A stretch of 64,000 bases of DNA, from the IMG/VR virus record IMGVR_UViG_3300025108_000016; one strand, 5' to 3'. Shown here one piece after another: positions 26,533-37,876 of the stretch (its first letter is position 1; each line of letters starts with the position of its first letter). The position numbers and the translations under genes were made by a program. Below the pieces are notes generated by a model that worked only from the letters and a program-made list of their open reading frames with translations, ran no database searches and was not told the origin of the DNA. Source of the stretch: a virus.

Positions 26533-29500
26533 TCACAGCCCATACTTACTCTTGGTGACGTTCCAGTTATTCTCACGCTCAACGTCTGATAGATCCTTAT
26601 CATAGATTCTAAGTTCTGCTATCCTTCCTAAGAATCCAACACCAGATCTGTTTGCTATCTGTTGTAGTGGTTCTGCGTGTCCTGTATTAAGTGCGAAGGT
26701 ATTATTAATCCACGCTTGAATAGACACAGAAGTAGCAGCAGGGAATGGACTGAACTTCACTACCACATGATTCCACTGCCCTGCTGTAAGAGCAACATTA
26801 CTAAAGTTACTAGAGGTAGAAGAATAATTATATCTAATCTTTCCAGCATCAGATCCACCTTGCTCTAGTTCAATTCTATAAGTGCCATCACTCAACAGAT
26901 CAGCAATATCAGACGATCCAGTATAAGCATCTGGTTTGATCCACAATTCAGCAGTCCAAGATACTGTGGAAGAACTACCATCACTGACAGTAACGCTTGG
27001 ATTTGAGAACGTTATATATTCAAAGCTTCCATTACATCTCACAGTTCCATCAATGAATTGATTCTTTGGTTCATCATTAAAAGTTCCGCCAGTTTCAGTG
27101 GGAACAAGACTATTGATTCCATATGATAGATTAATCGAAGTTCCATATGTTGGAACGTATCTACCATTACCATACAAGGCGGAATTGCCTGCTTCTACTT
27201 GTGGTGCCCAAACATACAGATCAGCGGTAGAAGCAAATGGATAGTATCTATGTTGTTTACCACCTGGCGATCCAAATGAACTAGTAGCAACTCCAGAGAA
27301 AGTAAACTTCTGCCATTCACCAGTAGCAGTATGTGTAGTAGTCAGAACTTCTCCTCCAGTGCTTAGGAGATAGACAGACTGCTGAAAAGATTGTGATGAT
27401 CCATCAACTGTCTTGACCCAAGCAGATATAGTAAAATCGCCGTCATTATAGATACCTTCATAAATGCTAACTCCACTATGCATTAGCGCAGCAGTATTAG
27501 ATCCATCAGGAGCTATTGCTGCATTTGGTGTAATTGTGGGGGGAGTAGCACCCAACCAACTCCAACTACTACCTGTTATATCAGAACTATTTGAGAATTT
27601 ATTCGTAGCAGGATCATAAGTTGCTCTGTTTCCAAAGTCATAGTTCAGAAGCAAATTACTAGAAGCTGAAGTACCAGGACCAATCATAGGTGCTGTGGAA
27701 GATGCTTCATAGGTATACTTAGACTTGGTAGCGTTGTAGTTCTGGTAGACTTGTGCTGGTGTTAGTGCTCTTGGATAGACACGAACATCACCGATGTCTC
27801 CATCCCACCACCAATGATGATCACCCCATGCAGCAACTACATAAGGAGCTGTTTCTCCTCCGCCTATGTAAAGAGGTCTATCTGAATTAACTATAGTATC
27901 TGTGTAAGCGGAGCTATCTAGTAGCACACCATTCTTATATAATCTCATATTGCTTCCATCATATGTTCCAACCCAATGGGTAAATTGTGTGTATTCAGAA
28001 CTGTTTACATCAACTGAAATAATATGACTACCGTTCCATTGGTTTACAAACCAGTTAAATGTATTCGAGAACGCACCACCACCCAAATTGGTCACCCTTT
28101 CGTACATTCCAAAACCATCAGGCCAATCCGCATCGCTAGTTTTTATTACACCAACCCTGTAAATGGGTGCTGTCGCGCTTCCATTCATGGTACTCCACAT
28201 CTCGACAGTTATAGTATCAAAATCGGGTAGTGTATCTACAGATATATAATCATCTACTCTATCAAACTCCCAGTATCCAGCGGCGTTGTGGGTAGGAGAT
28301 GGATTTTTAGCGGTAATTCCTCCAACCAAAGTAATAGTTCTATTATTTGAACTTGTATCTGTAATGGAACTACCATCAATAATTAAAGAAGTTCCAGATA
28401 CATCATCAAGTGGTGCTGATGGCGGAGTGAAGTTTCCTGTATATACTTGAACTCCTTTCACAACTCTCAAATTAGAAATTTCACCAGCATATTCATTACC
28501 ACCATAAGTTCCCCTAGCACCTATGTAAAGAGTGTCACTACTATCAAAGTTTCTGTTAGCAGATCCAGTAGCATCTAATACTCCATCAACATATAATTTT
28601 GTAGCATCTCCAGAAGCACCCCTAACAACAGCAATATGATGCCACTGTCCGTCATTTATTTGAGTGGAACCTTGAATAGCATTATCAGCATTAGACACTT
28701 GTTCGTTAAATTCTATTCTTCCGTCATTTGATCCAGTAGATCCATTAGTTCCAACACACAACCTCATACCACTATCATTTGGGTCGTTTTCGTGATATAA
28801 CCACCCAGCAGATGCCGTGGTTTTGATAAACATTTCAATAGTATATGCTCCAGTTCCAAAATTAAAGTCAGCACTATTAGCAATTTCTAAACGATCTGTG
28901 CTACCTCCTGGAAAATTTAAAGATCCAGAACCATATCCAGAACCAGCAAAAGGACCAGATAAAGAAATAATTCCATCATTTCCTTTACCAGATTGGTCTA
29001 ACCAGTTCCCACTACCAGAATAGACATCACCCAACAGGTTCAGTTCTTGGAAGTCATTAACTCTAATAGCAGGACTACCACTATACTCAAAGTTATCAGC
29101 ACTATCCATCTGTCTCTTCTTGTTAGAGATATTAGTAGCAAGGTCATCAAAGAGAAGTTTGTTGGCAGTGAATGGATATGACATTAGATCACTACTGCTA
29201 TTGCTAACAGAACCATCTGATAGTCTACCAATTTGATCTGGAGCGTTTAGGACTTTATAGTCAATAGTTGTAGAACCATCAGAAGAATATTGAAAATCTC
29301 CAAGTCCATTACCAGAAGAACTTACTTTACCAAAAGTATACTTAGTAGGGTTCATACCAGAAGTTACTTGATCACAAAAAAGTAGGTAATAAAAAGATGG
29401 GTCGGCATCTAAACTTACGTTATCAAATTGAAGTCCTGAATCTCTCGAACTTTCAAGAAACCTTCTCCAAACAAGATCTCCATTCTTAGAATATTTACTT

Positions 29501-30546
29501 AAGAGTCCTCTCTTAACGCCTAGTCCACCTGAAACTGTTCCAAAAACAACTGCTTGTTCTGTCTCGCCATCTGAAAATACTTGTTCAAAAGTAAAATTAT
29601 TAAAAAGTCCTTCGTCAGTTTGTTTTTGCCAAATAATATTACCTTCTGCTGTATATTTAATAATAAATCCATGATTAAATTTGTTTCCTACGATATAAAT
29701 TTGACCACTAGAATCAATAAAAATATCTTTACACTCAACATCTTGGTATGAATTCAATCCATCAGGATCATATTGTGATTTGATAGTTCTATCCCATAGA
29801 ACTTCTCCTGTGCTAGAATCAATCTTAACAATGTATCCTTTTTTGGCACTATCGTCTTCCAGATAACCAACAGCAATTACTGCTCCTTTATTATTAGAAG
29901 CAATCTTAGTAAGAACAGCATCTCTATTAGGCATCGATGCTGCCTTACCCCATCCAGGGTTGCCATTACTATCAAACTTTTCTACGTATGCTATTGCGAC
30001 ATCTGATCCTAATGCTGATATTTGAGTGTCAGGTGTATTACCACAAGCATAATAGTTTCCGCTACTATCTGATGTAACACCTGTATACTCTAGGTCACCA
30101 GTAGAAGATGTTGATTGCCAGTCAAGCACACCAGCATTAGAATACTTAGCAATATAAGGTGCTTCTAATCCATAGTCACCATTCACACCACCATATTTAC
30201 CAACAACAATTACATTATCATTACTATCTAACTCCATGGTAGTTAGAGTTAGAGCACTGCTGTATACAGCAGGGGATATTCTAACTCCCCACTCTTCGGT
30301 TGATGTACTATTACTCCCATCGTAATCTCTTTTTTCTACCCAACCAAATGAATCATTTCCTAATCCCGTACCCGATAGAAGAAATTTTCCATCTGAATAA
30401 TTATATTTAATTTGACTGGGAGTATAATATCCTTCATTTGGATTGGAGGACTTATCAATTGCTTTAAAAAAATTGGTTACTGCGTCTGCTCCAGACGAAC
30501 CTAAAAGAAAAAGGTTTCTGGCAGCACTACTAAATCCTACTGGCAT
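26533..30546 (-). CDS. Tail-fibre-associated protein with beta-propeller and several LamG/ConA-like domains
   Basis: Repeated KYS..G.L.W blades; WHHIAVVR, GEISNLRVVKG, YPRALTPAQV. Confidence 0.8.
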   Translation of the reverse strand: MPVGFSSAARNLFLLGSSGADAVTNFFKAIDKSSNPNEGYYTPSQIKYNYSDGKFLLSGTGLGNDSFGWVEKRDYDGSNSTSTEEWGVRISPAVYSSALTLTTMELDSNDNVIVVGKYGGVNGDYGLEAPYIAKYSNAGVLDWQSTSSTGDLEYTGVTSDSSGNYYACGNTPDTQISALGSDVAIAYVEKFDSNGNPGWGKAASMPNRDAVLTKIASNNKGAVIAVGYLEDDSAKKGYIVKIDSSTGEVLWDRTIKSQYDPDGLNSYQDVECKDIFIDSSGQIYIVGNKFNHGFIIKYTAEGNIIWQKQTDEGLFNNFTFEQVFSDGETEQAVVFGTVSGGLGVKRGLLSKYSKNGDLVWRRFLESSRDSGLQFDNVSLDADPSFYYLLFCDQVTSGMNPTKYTFGKVSSSGNGLGDFQYSSDGSTTIDYKVLNAPDQIGRLSDGSVSNSSSDLMSYPFTANKLLFDDLATNISNKKRQMDSADNFEYSGSPAIRVNDFQELNLLGDVYSGSGNWLDQSGKGNDGIISLSGPFAGSGYGSGSLNFPGGSTDRLEIANSADFNFGTGAYTIEMFIKTTASAGWLYHENDPNDSGMRLCVGTNGSTGSNDGRIEFNEQVSNADNAIQGSTQINDGQWHHIAVVRGASGDATKLYVDGVLDATGSANRNFDSSDTLYIGARGTYGGNEYAGEISNLRVVKGVQVYTGNFTPPSAPLDDVSGTSLIIDGSSITDTSSNNRTITLVGGITAKNPSPTHNAAGYWEFDRVDDYISVDTLPDFDTITVEMWSTMNGSATAPIYRVGVIKTSDADWPDGFGMYERVTNLGGGAFSNTFNWFVNQWNGSHIISVDVNSSEYTQFTHWVGTYDGSNMRLYKNGVLLDSSAYTDTIVNSDRPLYIGGGETAPYVVAAWGDHHWWWDGDIGDVRVYPRALTPAQVYQNYNATKSKYTYEASSTAPMIGPGTSASSNLLLNYDFGNRATYDPATNKFSNSSDITGSSWSWLGATPPTITPNAAIAPDGSNTAALMHSGVSIYEGIYNDGDFTISAWVKTVDGSSQSFQQSVYLLSTGGEVLTTTHTATGEWQKFTFSGVATSSFGSPGGKQHRYYPFASTADLYVWAPQVEAGNSALYGNGRYVPTYGTSINLSYGINSLVPTETGGTFNDEPKNQFIDGTVRCNGSFEYITFSNPSVTVSDGSSSTVSWTAELWIKPDAYTGSSDIADLLSDGTYRIELEQGGSDAGKIRYNYSSTSSNFSNVALTAGQWNHVVVKFSPFPAATSVSIQAWINNTFALNTGHAEPLQQIANRSGVGFLGRIAELRIYDKDLSDVERENNWNVTKSKYGL

Positions 30547-30556
30547 CTATCTATCC

Positions 30557-33500
30557 TTAGCTAAAGTCTGTGTTTCCTTGACCATATACTCTGGTGATAC
30601 CACCAGTGTCTCTAACAATAAGAAAAGTTAGGATATCAGTATTTGATGTAGCAATTGGAGGAGAACCTCCTGACCAACTAACTCCGTTAGTGACTGCGTT
30701 TCCGTCTACATTACATGCATCACCATATATAGCTGCGGTATTGGCATCAATAATTAAAGTAATTGTAATTGATTGTCCGTTTTGTAAAATAGTACCAGAA
30801 GCATCTGCTGTACTCAAGTCCCATGTATCAATAGAAGTAGTTGGTGTAGTGCCTACGATAGTATTTGCAGCAGCAGTACTAATACTCAATGTATTGCCTG
30901 TCATACTAAAGTTGGTAGCAAAAGTAGAGAATACTTTTTCTATAGAACGTCCTCCAAGAACGATAGGACCATCAACAGATAGACTAGTAAGTGTACCAAC
31001 TGATGTTAGTGAAGAATCAACAACACTATTACCAAGACCTGTAGAATCAATAATTAATTGGTTACCAATAGCAAATTTCTTACCAGAATTAAGTTCAAAG
31101 TTTTCTGTAGAGACCCAATACTTATCTGTTCTGCTGTGATCATATAGTAGAGTCTTATCTCCCGTGCCTCCAGATGCAACAGGTGTACCTTTCAGGACTA
31201 TTCCACCACCATTTGCACCAAGATCTGTTGGACCAGTAGCAATGAATGTTGCATCACCAGTAGAACCAGTGATAGCAGTAGATAGAGTTGCTGTTTTTGC
31301 AGCACCATCAAAGGCAACGATGTATGTACCAGCAGGAGTACTCACACCAGCACTTGGTATGGTAATTTCCATACCTTCAATCAAACCAACAACAGGATCA
31401 ATGTTGGTTACGTTGGCACTTCCGCTAACATAGTCTGCTGTAAACGTTTGGTTTGTAACAGCAGCAAGTTCTAGACTCTTATCATCGATCGTGATGTTTG
31501 CCGAATTAATACTAGTAGTAGTTCCTTGAACCACCAAATCACCATCGATGGTTGCGGTTCCTTGAACTCTAAAGTCATTTGGTACCGTAAGATTATATGA
31601 ACTATCACCTTTAATCCATGTTCCAGTACCAGAACCAATGATCAATTGATTATCACCACCAGCAGAAGATGCTGCATAGGTTGCACTAGTACTATCTTCT
31701 GTAGATGCAGGACCGATCAGAACATTACCACTACCAGTTTGTGCGTAACCTGCATAGTGTCCCAGACATACATTGTAGTCTCCTGCAGTATTATTCTCTA
31801 GAGAACTTCTTCCTACTGCAACGTTACCCTCACCAGAATCTAGTTGGTACAATGAATCTTTACCAATGGAAACGTTGTTGTCTCCATCATCTAGATTAGC
31901 CTGTGATCTGTAACCTACGGCGGTATTACCAGAACCAGAAGTTACTCCCTGTAGAGCAGAGTAACCAAAAGCTGTTTGATGAATACCAGATTGGTTAGCA
32001 TTCAGTGCTGCATAACCAACGCGAGTATTTGTTTGAACTTCACCGCCACCTCTACCAATACCGATACCAAATCCACCAGCATCTCTAATAGTAATGTCTG
32101 CATTTACAAAGTCTGCTCTTCCATTGACTGTCAGTGTATCTGATACTAGAGTTCCAAGGGTTGCACTCTTAGCAATTGATACAGAGTTGCTAATCGTTGT
32201 AGTACCACTGCCAGCACCTATATTCAATGCTGTGGCAGCACCAGCAAAGTTAATTGTTAGTGCTGATGTATTGAGTAGGTCAAAAGTTGAACTACTTGTA
32301 TTAAGAGTGGTGGATACTACAGCATTGTTAGCAAACATCAGTGATCCAGTACCTGTACTATCAGATACAACACCTCTTAATTGAGTGGAAGTTGTTGTAG
32401 CAAATGCACCAAGTGTATTGGATGAGTAGGCAACAGTTGCACCAGCACCACCACCAGTTCCAAAGTTAATACTACTTCCGTCAACACCAGTAAATGTTAG
32501 AGTATTGGAGACACTAAATGTTTTTAGGTCAGATAGTGTGAAGGTAGAACCTGAAGTTGCTGTAATGGTTAGACCATTAATCGTGGTAGCAGTTGCAGTT
32601 CCAATTGTGGGGTTGGTTAGTTCAGGTGCTGTTAAAGTTTTATTAGTGAGGGTTTGTGTTTCAGTTTCTGTAACAAACCTTTTTGCAATACCACCATTGT
32701 CGAATGATCTCCAGTAAGCACCTGCTTCATACCATTCAAGTCTATTGAATGTTGCAATCGCTCCGTCTGGTTGAGTAGTTCTGTTAACCTGGATACCACC
32801 ATCAGCACCAGTGATGCTTGCACCCTTTCTAAGTTCAATTACATTATCTTCTACCTGTAGAGTGGTAGTGTCAATAATAGTATTGTTACCTGTGATCTGA
32901 AGGTCACCATTGATAGTTACTGTACTACCATCATCAGTAATAATACTATTAGCAAACTGAGAGTTGCCGTTATCCCATTTAGAAACTCTATTATCAATCA
33001 GGTTTCCAGAATTCTTAACTGAGAATGTTCCAGAAGAATTATTAAGAGCAAGACCTTCACCTGCACTAAGAGATGCACCTGTGTCAGAGTTGAGAGAACT
33101 GATCTCAATTTCAATTTCACCTGATGCATTAGTTGATTGTGTGATTGTGGTAGCACCTGATTGCTTGAATCGGAAGTTACCATCAGATAGTACTTCAGTA
33201 CCAGATCCAACCTTTGTAATAGTATCATCATTTTGGGAATCAATTTCGATTGTTGTTCCAGTTTGACTAACAGTTACATTACCACCACTACCACCAGTGA
33301 GTGTTATATCACCATTAGTAAGTGTTCCAGAAACACCACCTTTAATGTTGGTGATGGTATCAACGGAGGAGATTGTAATCTCAGGGTCTCCTGTAGATCC
33401 ATTAGGTGCTTGATTAATACTAACTTGGGATCCCGCTAAGAAAGTGAAGTCTCCATCAGCATATGATCCACCAGATCCAGATCTAATTTTGGTGATCGTA

Positions 33501-34189
33501 TCATCATTAAGAGAGTTGATTGTAATAGTTTTGGTGCCAGTATCTTGACTGACTGTTGCGCCACCAGTACCAGAAAACTGCATTGCACCTGTCTGTGCCT
33601 GACCACCAGTTGATGCTTGAATGGTTGTAACTGTATCGTTATCAACTACACTACCAGAAATAGTAATGATGTTGTTGACTCTTGCCAGTTCTAATGACAG
33701 AGCATTAGATCCACTAGGAACACTTGCAGGAGTTCCAACTTCAAAAATAACTTCATCTGTAGAACCAATGCTATCTGTAAGTACAATACTTTTTCTTAAA
33801 GATGTACTACCATCATCAGCTGATAGGGCAAAGGTTGTATTATTATCAGGAGTAGAAACAACACCACCTAATGCAACTTGAATTCCATTAATAGTAATGG
33901 AAGAATTTGACAGCGAACTATTGGGTAAGTTTGTGATTGTGTTAACAGAACCATTAAAAACACACGTCTCGAATGTCTTATTGGTTATTGTCTGTCCTAA
34001 TGTTAGATAGACATCACCTGGATTATCCCAAGTAACAAAACCAGAATCAACTTTGAGGTATTGTCCAGTGGTTCCTGAGTTACCAGCGATAACAATTCCG
34101 TTACCCGTTAGATCTAGATTGTCACCTGCTACAAGTTCTTCAATCTTTCTACTTGTAGCATTAACAATTAGTGGAAAACGATCTGCCAT
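30557..34189 (-). CDS. Tail fibre protein
   Basis: TQTLTNKTL repeats; YadA-like NTAVGY/NVAVG repeats; TATAAATA at 34223-34230 (minus). Confidence 0.82.
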   Translation of the reverse strand: MADRFPLIVNATSRKIEELVAGDNLDLTGNGIVIAGNSGTTGQYLKVDSGFVTWDNPGDVYLTLGQTITNKTFETCVFNGSVNTITNLPNSSLSNSSITINGIQVALGGVVSTPDNNTTFALSADDGSTSLRKSIVLTDSIGSTDEVIFEVGTPASVPSGSNALSLELARVNNIITISGSVVDNDTVTTIQASTGGQAQTGAMQFSGTGGATVSQDTGTKTITINSLNDDTITKIRSGSGGSYADGDFTFLAGSQVSINQAPNGSTGDPEITISSVDTITNIKGGVSGTLTNGDITLTGGSGGNVTVSQTGTTIEIDSQNDDTITKVGSGTEVLSDGNFRFKQSGATTITQSTNASGEIEIEISSLNSDTGASLSAGEGLALNNSSGTFSVKNSGNLIDNRVSKWDNGNSQFANSIITDDGSTVTINGDLQITGNNTIIDTTTLQVEDNVIELRKGASITGADGGIQVNRTTQPDGAIATFNRLEWYEAGAYWRSFDNGGIAKRFVTETETQTLTNKTLTAPELTNPTIGTATATTINGLTITATSGSTFTLSDLKTFSVSNTLTFTGVDGSSINFGTGGGAGATVAYSSNTLGAFATTTSTQLRGVVSDSTGTGSLMFANNAVVSTTLNTSSSTFDLLNTSALTINFAGAATALNIGAGSGTTTISNSVSIAKSATLGTLVSDTLTVNGRADFVNADITIRDAGGFGIGIGRGGGEVQTNTRVGYAALNANQSGIHQTAFGYSALQGVTSGSGNTAVGYRSQANLDDGDNNVSIGKDSLYQLDSGEGNVAVGRSSLENNTAGDYNVCLGHYAGYAQTGSGNVLIGPASTEDSTSATYAASSAGGDNQLIIGSGTGTWIKGDSSYNLTVPNDFRVQGTATIDGDLVVQGTTTSINSANITIDDKSLELAAVTNQTFTADYVSGSANVTNIDPVVGLIEGMEITIPSAGVSTPAGTYIVAFDGAAKTATLSTAITGSTGDATFIATGPTDLGANGGGIVLKGTPVASGGTGDKTLLYDHSRTDKYWVSTENFELNSGKKFAIGNQLIIDSTGLGNSVVDSSLTSVGTLTSLSVDGPIVLGGRSIEKVFSTFATNFSMTGNTLSISTAAANTIVGTTPTTSIDTWDLSTADASGTILQNGQSITITLIIDANTAAIYGDACNVDGNAVTNGVSWSGGSPPIATSNTDILTFLIVRDTGGITRVYGQGNTDFS

Positions 34190-34347
34190 GTCTCAGGTGC
34201 CGAGGTGCTTTATTTCTAACATTATTTATAGGAGTATGCCAGGTGAGGTACTGGCACACATGCTCGCACTCTCTTTGATTATGCGCTATAATAACTGGGT
34301 GGTTGAGACGCCTGTCAACTTGAGTACAAATGCTCATCTTTAAGAGC

Positions 34348-34381
34348 TTGACAGACAACACCTCATCTGCTATACTAAATA
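34348..34381 (+). promoter_or_regulatory. psbA promoter (sigma70 overlapping late CTAAATA)
   Basis: TTGACA-17-TATACT merging into CTAAATA. Confidence 0.75.
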
Positions 34382-34435
34382 CATCGGCAGGTTAAGGAAC
34401 CAACACATTTCTTAACGCTTCTTTACACGCCTTAC

Positions 34436-34530
34436 CAAGACTAAACAGCGTGTCTAAACAATAGTCTTTCATACCTGTGCCTAAGGGTGGCATAGGAATA
34501 GTAACTCCACCATTTCCCTGATGGTCTTAC
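34436..34530 (+). ncRNA. PhotoRC-II-like cis-regulatory RNA in the psbA 5' UTR
   Basis: Hairpin CCTGTGCC-TAAGGGT-GGCATAGG and hairpin ACCAT-TTCCCTG-ATGGT with complementary loops (AGGG/CCCT). Confidence 0.7.
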
Positions 34531-34546
34531 TTTTTTGTTTAAAACA

Positions 34547-35623
34547 ATGGCTACAACTCTCTCAAGACAACAAACATCCCCATGGCAGAATTTCTGTGAG
34601 TGGGTGACATCAACTAACAATCGTCTCTATGTCGGTTGGTTTGGTGTACTGATGATCCCAACTCTGTTGGCGGCAACCATCTGCTTCATCGTTGCTTTCG
34701 TAGCAGCACCTCCTGTCGATATCGACGGCATCCGCGAACCAGTCGCTGGTTCACTCATGTATGGAAACAACATCATCTCTGGTGCAGTTGTCCCATCCTC
34801 CAACGCAATTGGTCTTCACTTCTATCCCATCTGGGAAGCCGCATCACTCGATGAGTGGTTGTATAACGGCGGTCCTTTCCAACTGGTAGTCTTTCACTTC
34901 CTCATTGGTATCTACGCATACATGGGACGTGAATGGGAACTCTCATACCGCCTTGGTATGCGCCCCTGGATCTGTGTAGCATATTCTGCTCCAGTCGCTG
35001 CAGCAAGTGCAGTATTCCTAGTCTATCCGTTCGGTCAAGGTTCATTCTCCGATGCTATGCCTCTTGGTATCTCTGGTACTTTTAACTACATGCTTGTATT
35101 CCAAGCAGAACACAACATCCTTATGCACCCGTTCCATATGCTCGGTGTTGCTGGGGTATTCGGTGGATCTCTTTTCTCTGCTATGCATGGAAGTCTCGTT
35201 ACTTCCTCACTCGTTCGTGAAACGACTGAAACAGAGTCACAGAACTATGGTTACAAGTTCGGTCAAGAAGAAGAAACATACAACATCGTCGCAGCCCATG
35301 GTTACTTCGGTCGTTTGATCTTCCAATATGCATCATTCAACAACTCCCGTTCACTGCACTTCTTCCTCGCAGCATGGCCTGTAGTTGGAATCTGGTTCAC
35401 CGCACTGGGCGTAAGCACCATGGCATTTAACCTCAATGGATTCAACTTCAACCAGTCCATCCTCGACGGACAAGGACGTGTGCTCAACACCTGGGCAGAC
35501 GTGCTCAACAGAGCAGGTCTCGGAATGGAAGTCATGCACGAAAGAAACGCGCATAACTTCCCGCTTGATCTTGCAGCAGCTGAGTCCACACCTGTGGCCT
35601 TGATTGCTCCATCTGTTGGTTGA
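34547..35623 (+). CDS. psbA: Photosystem II D1 protein
   Basis: [23 protein letters not shown]; uninterrupted. Confidence 0.99.
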   Translation: MATTLSRQQTSPWQNFCEWVTSTNNRLYVGWFGVLMIPTLLAATICFIVAFVAAPPVDIDGIREPVAGSLMYGNNIISGAVVPSSNAIGLHFYPIWEAASLDEWLYNGGPFQLVVFHFLIGIYAYMGREWELSYRLGMRPWICVAYSAPVAAASAVFLVYPFGQGSFSDAMPLGISGTFNYMLVFQAEHNILMHPFHMLGVAGVFGGSLFSAMHGSLVTSSLVRETTETESQNYGYKFGQEEETYNIVAAHGYFGRLIFQYASFNNSRSLHFFLAAWPVVGIWFTALGVSTMAFNLNGFNFNQSILDGQGRVLNTWADVLNRAGLGMEVMHERNAHNFPLDLAAAESTPVALIAPSVG

Positions 35624-35646
35624 TCACTCAACCTGTGGTATAATTC

Positions 35647-35673
35647 AGGGGTCATTACGACCCCTATTTTTTT
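35647..35673 (+). terminator. psbA terminator
   Basis: AGGGGTC-ATTAC-GACCCCT-A then T run. Confidence 0.8.
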
Positions 35674-35713
35674 CTTTATTATTGTAAAGTTTTATGTCTA
35701 AGGTAAATAAAAA

Positions 35714-36769
35714 ATGACAACAAGTACACTAACAACACCAACGAGGGGGTGGTTCGATGTCCTGGACGACTGGGTTAAACGAGATCGCTTTGTCTTTGTG
35801 GGCTGGTCTGGACTCCTACTTCTTCCCACTGCTTATTTGGCCATTGGTGGCTGGCTTACTGGCACGACTTTTGTTACGAGTTGGTACACCCATGGTCTTG
35901 CTAGTTCCTACCTTGAAGGTGCTAACTTTCTCACAGCAGCTGTCTCGACGCCTGCTGATGCTATGGGTCATTCTCTTCTTCTACTTTGGGGTCCTGAGTC
36001 TCAAGGCGACTTCCAACGCTGGTGCCAACTTGGAGGGCTTTGGTCCTTTGTTGCTCTCCACGGTGCCTTCGCCCTAATTGGTTTCATGCTCCGTCAGTTT
36101 GAACTGGCACGTCTCATTGGTATCCGTCCTTACAATGCTATTGCGTTCTCTGGTCCTATTGCTGTCTTTGTCAGTGTATTCCTTTTGTATCCACTGGGTC
36201 AGTCTTCATGGTTCTTTGCACCTAGTTTCGGGGTAGCAGCAATCTTTAGATTCCTGTTGTTCCTTCAGGGTTTCCACAACTGGACACTCAACCCCTTCCA
36301 TATGATGGGAGTTGCTGGTATACTGGGTGGGGCATTGCTGTCAGCAATCCATGGCGTTACAGTAGAGAATACATTGTATGAAGATGGTGAACAGAACAAC
36401 ACATTCACTGCGTTCGATTCCACTCAAGAAGAAGAGACGTATTCGATGGTTACAGCGAATCGTTTTTGGTCACAAATCTTCGGCATTGCGTTTAGCAATA
36501 AGCGTTGGTTGCACTTCTTTATGCTGTTTGTTCCTGTCATGGGTCTCTGGGTCTCAAGCATTGGCATCATTGGGCTTGCTCTTAATCTTCGTGCTTATGA
36601 TTTTGTAAGTCAGGAGATTAGAGCAGCAGAAGATCCTGAGTTCGAGACGTTCTACACAAAGAACATCCTATTGAATGAAGGACTACGTGCTTGGATGGCA
36701 CCTGCTGACCAACCACATGAGAACTTCATCTTCCCTGAAGAAGTTCTTCCTCGTGGAAACGCATTGTGA
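35714..36769 (+). CDS. psbD: Photosystem II D2 protein
   Basis: [23 protein letters not shown]. Confidence 0.99.
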   Translation: MTTSTLTTPTRGWFDVLDDWVKRDRFVFVGWSGLLLLPTAYLAIGGWLTGTTFVTSWYTHGLASSYLEGANFLTAAVSTPADAMGHSLLLLWGPESQGDFQRWCQLGGLWSFVALHGAFALIGFMLRQFELARLIGIRPYNAIAFSGPIAVFVSVFLLYPLGQSSWFFAPSFGVAAIFRFLLFLQGFHNWTLNPFHMMGVAGILGGALLSAIHGVTVENTLYEDGEQNNTFTAFDSTQEEETYSMVTANRFWSQIFGIAFSNKRWLHFFMLFVPVMGLWVSSIGIIGLALNLRAYDFVSQEIRAAEDPEFETFYTKNILLNEGLRAWMAPADQPHENFIFPEEVLPRGNAL

Positions 36770-36975
36770 ATCATTATCTAGTATTTGTTTATGGCGTATG
36801 CTTCGCTCTCATTGGGGGTGCAGCATTCGCAATGGTGTGGGCAAATATCATGTCACTTGATATGAAACCACAACCTCCAGCAAAACCAAAACATCCTGAA
36901 GCACCTGAACCAGGTGAAGAGGTTATGTATGTAGATCTATCCAAAGAAAAATTGGAAGACCTATACAATAAATAA
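36766..36975 (+). CDS. Small membrane protein
   Basis: N-terminal TM; [15 protein letters not shown]. Confidence 0.7.
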   Translation: MNHYLVFVYGVCFALIGGAAFAMVWANIMSLDMKPQPPAKPKHPEAPEPGEEVMYVDLSKEKLEDLYNK

Positions 36976-36992
36976 AAGAAATCTGAATTATT

Positions 36993-37214
36993 ATGTCTTG
37001 CAATCTTCGCGAAAAAGTATTAGATGCTCTAGTTGGTGATGCTTTAGGTAATATTGCCAAAGCAAAAGCAAACATAGAAATATACTTACACAACCCTGTT
37101 GGTATTGGTGAGCATCCAGATGTCCTTGGTGCTATTCAAGAACAATTAGATATCATTGCTCATGAAGAAGAACGTATTGAAGTTATCGGAAAGCACTTCG
37201 CTGAGCATGACTAG
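36993..37214 (+). CDS. Conserved phage hypothetical protein
   Basis: ANIEIYLHNPVGIGEHPD motif. Confidence 0.8.
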   Translation: MSCNLREKVLDALVGDALGNIAKAKANIEIYLHNPVGIGEHPDVLGAIQEQLDIIAHEEERIEVIGKHFAEHD

Positions 37215-37284
37215 AGGATGTTGTGGTGCTGGGTGTCGCGACTGCCCATTCAGACCACCTCCTAGACCGACCACCACTCCTTGA
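37207..37284 (+). CDS. 25-aa Cys-rich micropeptide (DUF5522-like CCGxGCRxCP)
   Basis: MTRGCCGAGCRDCPFRPPPRPTTTP*. Confidence 0.5.
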   Translation: MTRGCCGAGCRDCPFRPPPRPTTTP

Positions 37285-37309
37285 CAGGGGTGGTTTTTTA
37301 TTGTATAAT
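37273..37309 (+). terminator. Terminator with -35 in its loop plus downstream -10
   Basis: ACCACTCCT-TGAC-AGGGGTGGT then T run; TTGACA-17-TATAAT. Confidence 0.8.
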
Positions 37310-37334
37310 ACGGAGACAAAGCAACCATAACAAT

Positions 37335-37865
37335 ATGATCCTTTGGTCACAGCAAATTTTACATGAGGAGTCTTTTGTTAACCGATTAGAATCACAAATT
37401 TTGAGTAACTTAAAAAGTGATAGTAAGTTCTATTCTACATATAGTGATTGGGATCATCCCCCTGACTTAATAAGTGAAGAACTTTCTAAAGAAGTTTTTT
37501 CTTTCTATGAAGATAAATCTGTGGAGATGATGAAAGATGTTGGCATCGATGGGTACATTAAATATGAAGTGAAACCATATGACATCTGGATACAGATGAA
37601 TAACCAACACACCAATTCTCATCCAGTACATGATCATCATGGTCAAGGATCTTTTGTTTCGTGGGTTCATGTAATCAAGGCATTACCAGATCAACTAGAA
37701 AGTTTTTACTTTGTTAACTCAAGTGGTGATAAAACATATCCACCACAAGAGACTGGTAGAATGTTTGCTTTCCCTTCATGGGCACTTCATGGTGTAGAAC
37801 CTGCAGAAAGAGAAGGCAACAGAATTGTTGTAGCTGGTAACATATCTTTCGTTCGTAGTAAATAA
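37335..37865 (+). CDS. 2OG-Fe(II) oxygenase-like protein
   Basis: HPVHDH..FPSWALHGVEP..RIVVAGNI. Confidence 0.8.
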   Translation: MILWSQQILHEESFVNRLESQILSNLKSDSKFYSTYSDWDHPPDLISEELSKEVFSFYEDKSVEMMKDVGIDGYIKYEVKPYDIWIQMNNQHTNSHPVHDHHGQGSFVSWVHVIKALPDQLESFYFVNSSGDKTYPPQETGRMFAFPSWALHGVEPAEREGNRIVVAGNISFVRSK

Positions 37866-37876
37866 CAAAAATTTAA

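Noticed and set aside
26533-30546. Diversity-generating retroelement target
   Set aside because: Internal repeats are diverged protein-level LamG duplications; no reverse transcriptase or adenine-specific TR/VR pair is seen.
30594-33881. Numerous antisense ORFs within the tail-fibre gene (and similar ones elsewhere)
   Set aside because: Shadow frames caused by codon bias of Gly/Thr/Ser-rich genes.
34547-36769. Introns or homing endonuclease in psbA/psbD
   Set aside because: Both ORFs are continuous and of normal length; the gap between them is only 90 nt.
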